From positions 32,054,001-32,118,000 of the forward strand of contig NC_073400.1 of assembly GCF_028641065.1 (NCBI RefSeq): a DNA stretch of 64,000 nt, read 5' to 3'. Under the pieces are notes generated by a model. That model was not told where the DNA came from, searched no databases, and saw only the letters and a list, made by a program, of their open reading frames with translations. Below, in pieces: positions 37,171-49,776 of the stretch; positions within the stretch are counted from its first letter, which is position 1, and the number at the start of each line of letters is the position of its first letter. Position numbers and translations under genes: made by a program. Origin of the DNA: Leucoraja erinacea (taxonomy: Eukaryota).

Positions 37171-38991
37171 GTGGGTAAACATGCTTTCCACACTAAAAGT
37201 TGAAATTCATGTTTTTTCCCCATATGGACTTTTTCTTCTGTACTGCCATAGTCCCTCTAAAATCCCTAATCGTGTTTTCTAGGTAGGAAGGAAAGTGCTG
37301 TTTAATATAGAACAAGTTATCAACTTTTCTGACATTCCAGTACTCTCATTTATGTAGGAATTTGAAGAGTTGCCCAAAAATGACCTTGAGCAGTATCTCT
37401 CTACTGTTAATTTGCAAAAGTACAGATACAATTAAAAAATATATTTTGGGATGGTATGTGGCATTATGGCTTATTTGCACCTTTAAAAAAGTTAAATGTC
37501 ATTATTTCGATATCCAGGCATGTCACCCTTATATTTAATGGTGTGCACTGGCACCTTTCTGTCTACAAAAATAAGCACTGATAATAATCTTTGGGAAATT
37601 GGAAGTACAGGTACATCAGTAAATCTGCTAATGACTTTTTAAATTAGCTTTTTAGTAATATTTTTGCTAATTGAGTAGATCTGCATGATGCATTTCAGTT
37701 TTTAGTAGATTAATCTAGAGGTGAACTGTCAAACTTGGAATTGAAATTAATTCACGAGAAACTAACAATGGGTTTGAGTTATTCAAAAGGTCTGCAAATA
37801 TATTGTTTGTTTTCATGTGCTGTTGGGATGAAAGAGGAGGGAGGCAGAGACTTGTTGGTGCTCATTTTTATTCGATACAGCATGGAAACTGGCCCTTCGG
37901 CCCACCAAGCCAACCAACGATCACCGATTCGCACTAGTTGTATGTTATCCCTCTGCCTACCAACGAGAGGTAATTTACAGTCCAATTAACTTACAAACAT
38001 CCTCTTCTTTGGGATGTAGGAGGAAACTCACTCGGTCACAGGTAGAATGTGTAAACTCCACACAGTCAGCACCCAAGGTTAAGATCAAACCCGGATTTCT
38101 GGCACTGTGAGTCAGCAGCTCTACCAACTGCACGACCCATTTTCTACATGCCATGTCCACAACCAAAATGGTGGTTGGTTGATTCCACAATGACCAATTA
38201 CATGTCACTTGAGGCACCAATAAATATCTAAACAAACCAGTCCCATCTACACAACCGGATAATTGTGCTGATGCAATCAATTCCAGCTTCTTAGGAATGA
38301 TATCCAGTTGGGAAATAATGGAAGTAAAAGAGCAAGGACAACTCTCTTGCCCCTTGGCTTTGAACTAGTTCCATAAAACTACCCGAAGCTGCTGTTTCAG
38401 ACCTCAAAATATATAATAGAAATAATTGAATATAGATTTGATAGACAACACCACTGTCGTGGGTTGGGCATATCATGAACAATTGTCAATTATATACCAA
38501 AGCTATTGTATCATTTTTAACCATGGAAACCGTCTTTAACGCCAAGTTATCTAAATTTAGTTCTGTTGTTAAAGTGGCACCAAAAATGATTTTATTGCTT
38601 GAAGGAATGCCGAGTTAAAGACACTACTGGCAGTTGGAGCAGCGGCGGTTCCTGGAGCAGTGTAAGTACGCATTCATACATATTAACAAAATGTGTAAAT
38701 GTAACAGATGTCAAGTATTCACAATATTTTCCTGTAAAAGATGTAAGATGTACGTGACTAGAGAGGACAAAATCACTGACGTAGCTAGCTCGATCGGAGG
38801 ACTAGAGGTCCCGATAGCCTTAAAAGCAGGAGTCCATTAATGTTTGCGGAATGGCTAATTCTATTTTTTTTCTGACTTCCTTCTCCAGAGCATGTGCTGC
38901 AAACTAATCTTTTCTCTCTTCCACATAACTCTCCCCAACTATTGTTGAGCTTGGGGTTCTGAAGCACTTGTGAATGTGAATACTTAGCGTT

Positions 38992-39022
<31 letters not shown>

Positions 39023-42000
39023 GCGATAGAAAAACGGTTGAACATAAAGAGCTGAAATCGGAAGCAATTACTTTTTCGATCAATTCCTTCAATCATCCCT
39101 GCCCATGAGCCTTTAGCACCCAAGAATGCAAGCAAAGGATTTTCTTGCCAAATCGTACCACCTCCCTCAGTCCTTTTACTCTTTCAAGATGTTACTTAAC
39201 ATTCTATTGAGGCAAATCTTTTTGATTCAGTTTTGCAAAGTATGATATTAGAGCAGGTTATTATCAAATGAGCAAAAAGTAATAAAAAGTAACTATAAGC
39301 AGCACCTGGAACTATTTTAGGTAGTCTACCTGCTTCATCCATGACATTATTTAATCCCTTCTGAAGTACTGGAGGAGGGATGGATGTAATTAAAGTCGAG
39401 GCCACTGAATCCGTTATTGATTTCCCATATCCATTCTTTGAATAAGCCAGGTATCAGCACAGATCTAGCATTAAATTTAGAATCTTTCCAATTTGTAATT
39501 TTCGCATCATGTTATTTAATAAGCGAGACTGGGAGCTAACTTTACAAGTACGGTTAATATCAATAATTTCTTAAGACCATCCAGTTGAGAACGAGGTAAT
39601 TTAAAGGTAGATGTTGCTTATTTAACCAACATTTATATCTCAAAAGGTTTGTATAAATCCACAATTTGAGGGTTTTTTTACAGAAAATATATAATTTTAT
39701 TTAATGACATGTATTTTTAAATCAAACATGTCACCAACGTAAATTTGTTTACATTGTAAATGTCAATTAAATAACACAACGAATTCTTATAATTTCCTTC
39801 TGCTTTGGGTTCCCCCTCAGCTTCAATAACTTGGTGTCTACTCAGGCAAAAAGACAAATATTCATCAATTCTGCAACTGTTTTTTTGAGGAAGTACGGGT
39901 TTGACGGTCTTGATCTGGATTGGGAGTTTCCAGGTAGAGAAGGAAATCCACCAGAAAATAAACAACTTTTCACAGCCTTGATAACGGTAAATAAAACAGT
40001 ATTCAGATTTAACTATGTTAAATGGGCAGTGGTGCTTGGTAATTGATAGCGAGTGCCATTTTTTATTTTAATTTGAAGGTGATGGCTTTGAGGCCAAGTT
40101 TAAGGATGATACGAAGGGAGGTCGTGGGGAAGCTAGTGTAGAGGAAGCAGGGAGTCTGCAGTAGGTCTTGGACAAATTGATAAGTGGGCAAATAAGTGGT
40201 AGATGGAATACAGAGTAGCAAGATGTCCACTTTGGTAATAAGAATAAAGGCATCGAATATTTTCTAAATGGGGGGAGGGTTCGGAAATCAGAGATGCAAA
40301 GGGACTTGGGATTAAAGATGGTCCGAGGGTCTCCAATGAGATCGACGGTGGGTCAGGATTGCTATCTATTTAGTGATAGGATGGTTCAGCTGCTTGATAA
40401 CAGCTGGGAAGAAACTGACCCTGAATCTAGAGGTATGAGCTTTCGTATTTCTGTACATCTTGCGTGATGGAAGAGGGGAGAAGAGGGAGTGTCCTGGGTA
40501 AGGTTTGTCCTTGATTATGTTGGCGGTCTTGCCGAGGCAGCTGGAGTCAATAGTAGGGAGGTTGATTTTCATGATTTTCTCGGCTGCGTCCAAAATTCTC
40601 TAATTGCTTACGGTCTCAGATGAACCTGTTTGAACCATGTTGTTATGCATCCCGATTAAATGTTTCCTACGACACATCTGTAGAGGTTGGTGGGAGTTTT
40701 TGGTGACATGCCAAGCTTCCTAAACCTTCTAAAGAAGTAGAGGCATTTGTGTGCCTTTTTGATAGCTTCAATATGGCTAGTCCAGGAAACGTTGTTGGTG
40801 ATATTTACTCCTCAGAACTTGACATTTTCAATCATCTGTACTTTGGTGCTGTCAATGTATGAAGTTGATCACAATCTCCTTTGTCTTGCTCACATTGATG
40901 GAAAGGTTGTTGTCTTGACATCGGGTTATGAGGTTAGACGCAACACTCAGCATTGACAAGGTATTCACATGTTTTAGGAGTAGAATTAGGCCATTCAGCC
41001 CATCGAGTCTACTCCATCATTCAATTATGACTGATCTCTGCCTCCTAATCCCCTTTTTCTACCTTTACAACATCTACAACCTCCCCTCTGTCTGTCCTTC
41101 TATTAACTTCCTCAAAGAACTCCAGCAGAGTCGTCAGGCAAGATCTTCCCTTCATAAAACAATTTGTCATTTATGTTCTGCACAATTCTGTGGTGCAAAG
41201 GTGAACGGTTGGTGTTATAATTACATTGTTCCATCAAATTTATAGAGTTTCATTATCAAACTAAATTTCCGCTGAACAGTTTAAGGAGATTCTAGAAAGA
41301 TAGGTCGAAGTTTAAGCAAATCACTGAGCATTAATGGGGAATCATGGGAGGAATTGCTGTTGAAAGCAGGAAGGATTCAGGAAGACAAAACTAGAAGTGG
41401 GTCTTCCTATTGTTTAACAATAAGAAATTTCTGATTTACCTGCTGCCTGTCTGACCGGCATTCTAACAATATAAAGGTGCTGGAGGGTCAATAATGTTGA
41501 TGATGACTGTCATCAACTGATGCTATGATTTCAGATGATGTTTCATGGGGGCAGCGGTGGATGAAATGTAGGACAGAACAAGGTATAGTCTCTGTGGCTA
41601 GTGAGTTTGCAAACCTATATTATTTGTAAGTATAACAAATAATTGTTTTAATAAAATAATTATTTTGGTGGCGTTTAAAACGTCTGACCTTAGCTCCAAA
41701 CTTAACGTGGACTGCATGGTGATACAAGATTAACCCACATAGATTTGATTGAATTGAGATCCATCAAAAGCGTAGGAGAATTTCCAACATTTCCACCTGT
41801 GTCCAATACTTTGCATCAGGTTTTAACTCTGGCTTTCTCAGGACGCGTGATGTAAGAAGATTGTAATTTCTAAACATTAAATGTTCTTCCACTGGTTTCA
41901 GAAGAGCTATGTTAAATGCTGTTGCTTTTTTTTTTGTTTTTTTTTTGTTTTTGGAAATGGGTATGTCTTGGAAAAAGGGATAGTTATAATTTTGCAGTTA

Positions 42001-45000
42001 CAGTTACAGAATTGTAGTTATCTCACCTGTCATCCCGATAAACGTCTGCTCCGATCAAGGATTATAATATCCATTTAGTTATTTGTACCCCCAGGAAATG
42101 AAAGCTGCTTTTGCAAATGAAGCAGGAAGATCAGGGAAACCTAGATTAATGATTACAGTTGCTGTGGCTGCTGCTAGACGGTGGATCGATGCTAGTTATG
42201 AGGTGGATAAAATTTCTGAGTAAGTATAATTTTTAAGTTCAGATATTTTTATGTTGTAAAATTCTTTCTGTAATTTTAAGACAAGACAGTGAAACAAAAC
42301 TGGGTATGTGAGAATAATTAGTTGGTGAATAGTTGATGATTAGGCACCTTTGATCACTTTGCTGATGATCAAGATTAAGTTGAAGTGATAAATGCCTATG
42401 CCTATGTTAATGCCTATTAGGTTCTGTGTGCTGAAGCAAAGCAAAAATTTCATTGTCCTATCAGGGACACATGACAATAAACTTGAACTTGAACTAAGTA
42501 GGAAGATAAGATTTATTCTGTTTTTGGTAGACCACATTTTGGGCACTTTTTGACTGCTGGAACAGCTGCTCTTGTAGCTCGCACTGTTGTTGTAGCTCGC
42601 TGTTCTCAGTGTGACAGGTGGAATCTTGTGAGGACAAGGTCTTTGTTGTATCTAATGAACTCAAACCTTTATTAATGTCATGTAGAATATAAGTAGAATG
42701 GAGGGTGCATCAGAGATTACCACGGTAAGTCATTCTTTTGGCAATTCTGGCATAAACACCAACTATTACATTCTCATGTTGGACTCTTCCATTACTGTTG
42801 AGCAGATTGTGGAGCCATTTTGTTGTTTTGTTTGAGTCGAGTGGTTTTGTAGACCATTTCAGAAGAATCCACTTTACTCAAAGTCATATGTAGGGCACAC
42901 CAGGTCAGTATGGACAGTTTTTTTTCCTTCTCTGGCAGTTGTGAACCATTTGCATGTTTACAATAAATGGTTGGTCTCATGGTTAACATTACTGATGATA
43001 AATTTATAATCCAGATTTAGGTAATTAATTGAATTGAAATTCCATAACCTTGCATGATTTGAATATGTGCCACCAGTTCATGAGCCCGGGACTCGTCTAA
43101 TATGGAACTGAAATTATTATTGATGATTGTATACCTTTTGGAATCTAATTTACTGCCATGAGCAAATGTCATCTTATTTCCTTAAACAGTAACTGGGTTT
43201 CAACAACAAAGATAATTTATTCAAACTGATATGTGTACAAATTACGCATTATTCTATATAGATGAGTGTTTATTTATCGGCTACATAATTCCGTGTTAAT
43301 TATCATTTTTAAAATTTCCACTTCTTTAGACATCTGGACTTTATGAGTGTGATGTGTTATGATTTCGCTGGTGGCTGGAACACTTTCACTGCACACCATA
43401 GCCCGTTGTTTGTTGGAAGCAAAGATCGTTGGGACTTTCTCTACTACAATGCAGTATGTTTGCAAATCACTACTTCGTCTGTAGATGGCAGTAGCTCTCT
43501 CACATTCTAATTTTGTGATTTTTTTTAACCACTTTTACAATAGCTTGAAAATGTGCTTATTTTTTCTTGAACTCACTTGCAGTATGAAACAGTGACCTAC
43601 TATCTAAACAAAGGTGCACCCCGAGATAAGTTGCTAGTTGGAATTGCAACTTATGGACGAAGCTTTAAACTTGCTTCCACAAGTAATAATCAGCTTGGGG
43701 CTGCGACAGCTGGTGGTGCACCGGCAGCCCCAATAACAAAAACAACAGGCTTCATGGCATATTATGAGGTGATTAAACGTGTACATTTTTAGTCAAGCCA
43801 GTTTACATCAAATAAAATTGGTAATTAGACAGAAATTTAACCTGGGTATAAGTGCATGGCCAAACTTGTGATGCATGCTTCCACTTTCACAGTGACCTAT
43901 AAAGTTGGAAGATAATTCATCTACAAATAGGCTTATGAGATGACAATTTCCCTATAATTAAAAAGTGACTATTCTGAACATGGCGGCAGATCTGTCGCAT
44001 TCTAATTATGTGATTTTTGAACTACTTTTATAATAGGTTGAAAATGGGCTTAATTTTCCTTGAACTCATTTGCAGAATGAAACCATTAACTATTATCTAA
44101 ACCCAGGTGCACCCCGAGATAAGCTGCTGGTTGGAATCACAACTTATGGACAAAGCTTTAAATCTTCCTCTGGTAGTATTGCAAACTCAAACCAAGTTGG
44201 ACCCTTTGACTAATTTGTTTAACTGACTGTGTCCCCCTCCAAATCGCATAAAGGCTTGCCACATTCATCGATCTGCTCTGTCTCTTCCTCCAATCACCAT
44301 TGAAGATCCAGTAATCTCCAACTGTGATAGATAATTGTAGGACCCTATAAGCTCCTTATTGCCACTGATTCCTGGTCATCAAACCTCACACCAACCCCTC
44401 ACCACCCCACATGCCTAATCCACAATCCTGTTCTCCCAGCTCACTGCCCTCTGGCCTTTCTTCCCCTCGACCCAGCCATTCAAGACCAGGAATAGCAGTT
44501 AGATTATGTGCGATCAACATTGGAGTACACAATGGAAAGGATATGGTGCACTCCTAAAAAAACATAAAGTAAATCCACAACCACTGGTCAGTATGGGGCT
44601 GCTGGGCCAAATTGTCTGTTTCCATGCTGAATGATTCTAAACAATCTCTAATTTTGAGCTTGTTGAAGATCTTTAGATCATGTATAGCCACAGATGAGGT
44701 CCCAGAAGACTGGAGAGTTGCTTTTGCTGAAGCTGTTGGAGAGGATTCTTTGGGATAGAATCTGCTTGTATTTAGAACGGAGTAAAATTATTAGAGAGAG
44801 TTGGCATTTTATAAACCTTTATAACGTCATTCCTGAATCTCCTAAGCTCAGGTAAAATAGGCAGCGTGTCCTGCCTCTCTTTATAACTCAAACCCTCCAG
44901 ATCTGGTAATACCCTCGTAAGTCTTTTTTCGTACCCTTTAGTGACATCCTTCCTATACCAGGGCGACCAAAACTGTAATGACATGAAGTTTAACCAAGTA

Positions 45001-48000
45001 AACAAGAAAACCATTCTGAAATTTAGGGTATACTAGACCAAGTGCAGACCCGTTGGGTCTGTTCCCCCCAACGTGCGGTTGGGGGGGGGGGGGGGGGCGG
45101 CACGCAGCGCCACACACACTAACTATCCCCCCCCCCCCCGCACTCACGCTAATTACCCCCTTGATATTATATTAATATTATTAATTTGCTCCTTTTACCC
45201 CATAACCACCCTATCTACTGACGCATAGCCCCCAACTTGCAGTCACATCTAGAGAGGGGGGAGGGGCGGGCGGGGGTAGAGAGTGAGGGCAGAGAGAGAC
45301 AGAGACAGAGACACAGAGAGAGGGGCAAGGGGGATAGGGGGTGGAGAGGAGGATAAGAGGGAGGGTGGGTGAGGTGGGGGAGGAGAGAGTGAGGGGGAGA
45401 GAGGGGTGCTGAGAGGGGGGTGAGGTGGGGAGCAGGGAGGGGGGAGGGAAGAGGGTAGGGGGTGTGGAGGGGAGGGGGTTGAGGGTGGGGTGGGGAGAGG
45501 AGAGGGGGGGGAGAGAGGGGGTGTGCTGAGAGGGGAGGGGGAGAGAGGTGGGAAGCAGGGAGGGGGAGGGAGGGTGGAGGGAAGGGGGTAGGGGTGTGCG
45601 GAGGGGAGGAATGGTGGGGGAGGGGATGGAGGGGAGAGGGAGAGGGGTGGGGGGGAGAGGGGTGGGGGAGGAGAGGAGAGAGGGGAGAGAGGAGAGGGGG
45701 TGAGAGGAAAGCGGGGGGGGGGGGGGGGGTTGAAGAGGAAAGGGGGGGAGAATCTAAAAAAGATTTTAGACCCAAAAAAGACACATTCTGCAAGCATTGT
45801 AGAACCAAAAGAGACACATTTTGCAAACATTTTAGAACCAATAAACACTTTTTGCAAACATTTTAGAACCAATAGACACATTCTGCAAGCGTTTTCGAAC
45901 CACTAAGGACACTTACATTTGAGTAGACATGTGTTCAGTGTTATTCACAGCTCAGAGATACGTGACCATCTGCCTTCCTCCAGCTTGCAGACACTGATTG
46001 AGGCACACCACTTCCTGGTTTTATAGTCCCTTCCCCCTGCTGCCAGCAGGGGCAGCAGAGAGAATGGGGAATTTTGTAAAATCATTAATATCTCTGTCAT
46101 TTTTCATCGACGGGATAAATTCTCGGCACACATACGGCGGAGGGGGGCTCTGAGCAAGGTGGCCAAAATGACGGCCGTAGGTGGCGGCGTTCTCTCGGAA
46201 ATCGCAGCACAGATGGCCAAAACCGGTCAAGAACAGACTTTTAGTAATATAGATGAGATTTAAATTGCATGAATGCTTCCTCCTATAGATGTACTCCTCT
46301 GCCTGGCTGGGCTTCATATTGTGACTATTTTTGATCATTACACCCCACATGCAACATTATCAGGAAAATATAATGTCACTCGTCTCTTCAATGAATAAAT
46401 CAGTGGCTCTAACTATACATTCCATATTAATCCATTGACAAAAGTGTAATCTTTAGGACATCTTGAGTAACTTCGGAGGGATCGGCTTGTATCTAACAAT
46501 GCACCATCTTTCTCCTCAACAGATATGTGATCTTTTGGAAGGAGGAGAAAGACGTTGGATTGAAGATCAGAAGGTTCCATATGCAGTCAAGGGAGATGTA
46601 TGGGTGGGCTATGATGACAAGGACAGTGTTATTTCCAAAGTAATTTACTATGAAACTTTTTATATGATATTTGTGTTATTACAAAAAATATTTTTAATTT
46701 ATCAATCATTCAGGTATTCATTACTTTAAAAAATACTCTGAATAGTACTGACAAGATGTTAGTTTCCTTGGTAGGCAAGTGACAATGCGTTGCCTGCTGT
46801 AGGCAAAGATGATCCAGAGCAGAGAGTCTAAAATTGAATTCCTGTATGTTGTAACTTCTTCTAAGGCAGCCCTCAGGATCAAAGCCAATCTGCAACCACT
46901 CTGTCTCTGACTGATGAGGCCCCTGGGAATTGCAGACTCTTCCTCAGATGGGGCAGTAGGAGCCTGATTGGGTGGGTGAATACTTTATAGCAACATATAA
47001 ACGGAAACAGACAATTTGTTCCAACTCATCCAGGCCAACCAAGAAGCCCCATCTAACCTAATTCAATTTTTCCACATTTTCCTATCCACGTAGCTGTCCA
47101 ATTATCTTTAAAACTTTGTTTAAGGACCTGCCTAACCTACCTCTTCTGGCAGCTCGTTCAATATACCCATCACCCACTAAGTGAAAAGGTTGCCACTCAG
47201 GTTCCTATTAAATCCTTCCCCTTTCAGATTAAACCTGTTCTTGATTCTCCTATCCTGGGTAAAAGACTGTTCATTCTATCTATTCCCCTCATGATTATAT
47301 GCAACCCTTAGCCTCAAGTGTTCCAAGGAATAAAGTCCCAGCTTGCCCAATTTCTCCCGAGAGTTCAGGCCCTCTAGTCCTGGCAGCATCTTCATAAATT
47401 TTCTCTGCACTTTCCACTTAATGACATCCTTCCTATAGCAAGGTGAACAAAACTGAACACAATACTCCAAATGCTTCAATGTCCTGTATAACTAAAACAT
47501 ACCTTCCCAACTTCTGTACTTAATACACTGACAGATGAAGGCCAATGTACTCAAAGCTTTCTTAACACACTGTCTACCTGCGATGCCACTTTGAGAGTAC
47601 TACATGCCTGTACTATATCCCTCTGCTTCACAACACTCAGCAGGGCCTTAACATCCAGTGCGATACTGCCCTGATGTGACTTCAACCATTGAAGTCCTGT
47701 AAAGCAGGAGGATTTTGATGTGTATCACAGCCTTTTACACTAGGCTTGTGGGTTGGTCTTTCGTATACTCCCAATGCTTTGACGATATTCTGGTGCTAAC
47801 CCAAATGCTTTGTTGGGATACATTGTGTAAAACTATCAAGAAAGGGTTTCGGCCCAAAACGTTGCCTATTTCCTTCGCTCCATAGATGCTGCCTCACCCG
47901 CTGAGTATTTTTGTCTACCTCAGATAAAGAGATTAACATCTTTGATGCAGGCACTTGCGGACATCACTTTGTAGGTACACCTACAAGTCATTGACTTTTC

Positions 48001-49776
48001 TGACATGGGTGTTTTTGGTTTTAATCCTGAAATTCCATATCTAAAGATACAGGTTAGAGATACTGCGTGATAACCTTTGGCCCACCAAGTACACACCAAC
48101 TAGTACACTAGTTCCATGTTATCCCACTTTTGCATCCTACACACTGGCAATATACAGAAGCTAATTAACCTACAAACCTGCACGTATTGTTAATGTGGGA
48201 GGAAACTGGAGCACCCAGAGAAATCCCATGGGGTCATAGGGAGAATGTACAAACTCCGCAGTGACAGTCCCTGTAGTCAGGATCGAACCTAGGTTGTTCA
48301 TAGGAATGCTTCTGGTGATTTCACGTTAAAGGAACTGGAGTTGTGCAATGAGTCCTGCAATACCAGGGGGACTTTGATTTTTATCATGACCAATAAAAAT
48401 CAAAGTCCCCCTGGTATTGCAGGACTCATTGCACAACTCCAGTATGATTTTTATTAGCGATGAGGTATTTTCAGAGCCACAGATCTCTCGTCTTCTCTCG
48501 CATCTCTCGTTGCGTCTGGAAGGATCCATTCAAAATATTAAGCAAATTTGACCACATGATTAAACTTGTGAACTATCGAACTGGTTCTATAGAATCTAAC
48601 TGTTAAGTTTATCTTTGTAGATTGAGTGGGTGAGGCAGCAAAAGTTTGCAGGAGCTTTCGTGTGGACAATTGATTTTGATGATGTAAAAAACCATTGTAA
48701 ACAAGGTTCACATCCTCTGGTACAAACGATCAGGAGGGAGTTTTTAGGCATTTCAGGTGAGTATATAATTTTAGCATTTGCGCTTTTTTCAATTATGATT
48801 ATAAGAACAAAGACAGAGGTTATTGGACAAATGGGCTGACCAACTGCTTTGTACAACTTTAACATAAAGTCCCAACATCTATACTTAATACACTGACTGA
48901 TTAAGGCCTACGTAGCAAAAGCCTTCTTTACCTCCCTATCTACCTGTGATGCTACTTTCAGGAACTTTGGACCTTGGATTTTTTTGGTTTACAATTGTTG
49001 GCCCGGGCCATACCATTCATTATGAAGGTCCTACCCAGGTTTGACTTCCCAAAATGCAACACCTTGCGCTTATCTGCATTAAACTCCATTATTCATTCCT
49101 CAGACCACTTAACCAGCTGATTAAGAGCCTGCAGTAATTTTTAATTACTATCTACGATACTACCCAGATTAGCAATTTTTTTAATCGTACCTTGACATTC
49201 TCAGGATGTTGCCAGGACTTGAGGGCTAAACTATAGGGAGAGGTTGAACAGGTTAGGACCACGGGAGGATCTTTGGATCACAGGAGGCTGAGGGGTGACC
49301 TTAGTTTAGTTTAGAGATACAGCTTAGGAACAGGCAGTTCTGTCCACCAAGTCCACGCTGACCAGCGATCACCCATACACTAGTTCTATCGTACACATTG
49401 CAGGACTCATTGCACAACTCCAGACGATTTATAGAGGCCAATTAATCTACGAACTTGTGTGACTGGAATGTGGGAAGAAACCGGAGAACTTGCAGAAAAG
49501 CCACGTGGTCAATTGCTCCTAGTTAGCAGTTAGAATAATTTGATTTTTTTAATAATCTGAGTTTGTAGTAAGATAACATTATTTTTTTGATTGTAAAATA
49601 GTGCTATTTGTTGTCAAACTAATCTGATTTTTCTTTGTAAAGCGGACGGCCTACCTGAAGGAAAACTGAATAGTACGAATCTTATGGGCTCTGTGTTGGG
49701 GATTTCATTTAAAGTGCATATATTACTCGTTGGACTGTTGGTGAACAAAATCGCAAACTTAATGCTGCAGAGATAA
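36966..49776 (+). CDS. CHIA-like: GH18 chitinase unit 2: intact exons 3-11, no exon 1/2, hydrophobic C-terminal tail, no CBM14
   Basis: Exons 36966-37170, 38605-38661, 39821-39986, 42095-42219, 43330-43453, 43583-43768, 46523-46639, 48621-48756, 49643-49776; all GT-AG, continuous frame, [12 protein letters not shown]. Confidence 0.92.
38605..38661 (+). CDS. Chitinase unit 2 exon 4
   Basis: [18 protein letters not shown]; 57 bp. Confidence 0.9.
39821..39986 (+). CDS. Chitinase unit 2 exon 5 (DGLDLDWE)
   Basis: 166 bp, AG/GT. Confidence 0.95.
42095..42219 (+). CDS. Chitinase unit 2 exon 6
   Basis: [27 protein letters not shown]; 125 bp. Confidence 0.93.
43330..43453 (+). CDS. Chitinase unit 2 exon 7
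   Basis: [26 protein letters not shown]; 124 bp. Confidence 0.93.
43583..43768 (+). CDS. Chitinase unit 2 exon 8
   Basis: [22 protein letters not shown]; 186 bp. Confidence 0.93.
44076..44213 (+). pseudogene. Truncated duplicate of chitinase exon 8 (pseudo-exon)
   Basis: catttgcag|[32 protein letters not shown]; upstream intron also duplicated from ~43980. Confidence 0.8.
45033..46253 (-). mobile_element. Non-autonomous Helitron
   Basis: Minus strand 5' TC, 3' hairpin CAGACCC-AAC-GGGTCTG then CTAG, between A and T, no TSD; empty site in unit 1 ~29300; internal G-tract and ~31-bp repeats 45760-45915. Confidence 0.85.
46523..46639 (+). CDS. Chitinase unit 2 exon 9
   Basis: [23 protein letters not shown]; 117 bp. 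Confidence 0.94.
48334..48443. repeat. Perfect inverted repeat, 51-bp arms, 8-nt loop
   Basis: 48334-48384 is the reverse complement of 48393-48443. Confidence 0.92.
48621..48756 (+). CDS. Chitinase unit 2 exon 10
   Basis: [21 protein letters not shown]; 136 bp. Confidence 0.94.
49643..49776 (+). CDS. Chitinase unit 2 terminal exon, hydrophobic tail
   Basis: tttttctttgtaaag| phase 1; [44 protein letters not shown]. Confidence 0.7.

Noticed and set aside
38995-39023. Long poly-G run
   Set aside because: Expanded from short G-runs at paralogous sites (~17190, ~60165); length unreliable.
45215-45906. Pro-rich ORFs over 200 aa
   Set aside because: Low-complexity Helitron interior.
49630-49660. 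FLCKADGL resembling a CBM14 start
   Set aside because: Overlaps the acceptor pyrimidine tract, no further cysteines, not conserved in unit 1.
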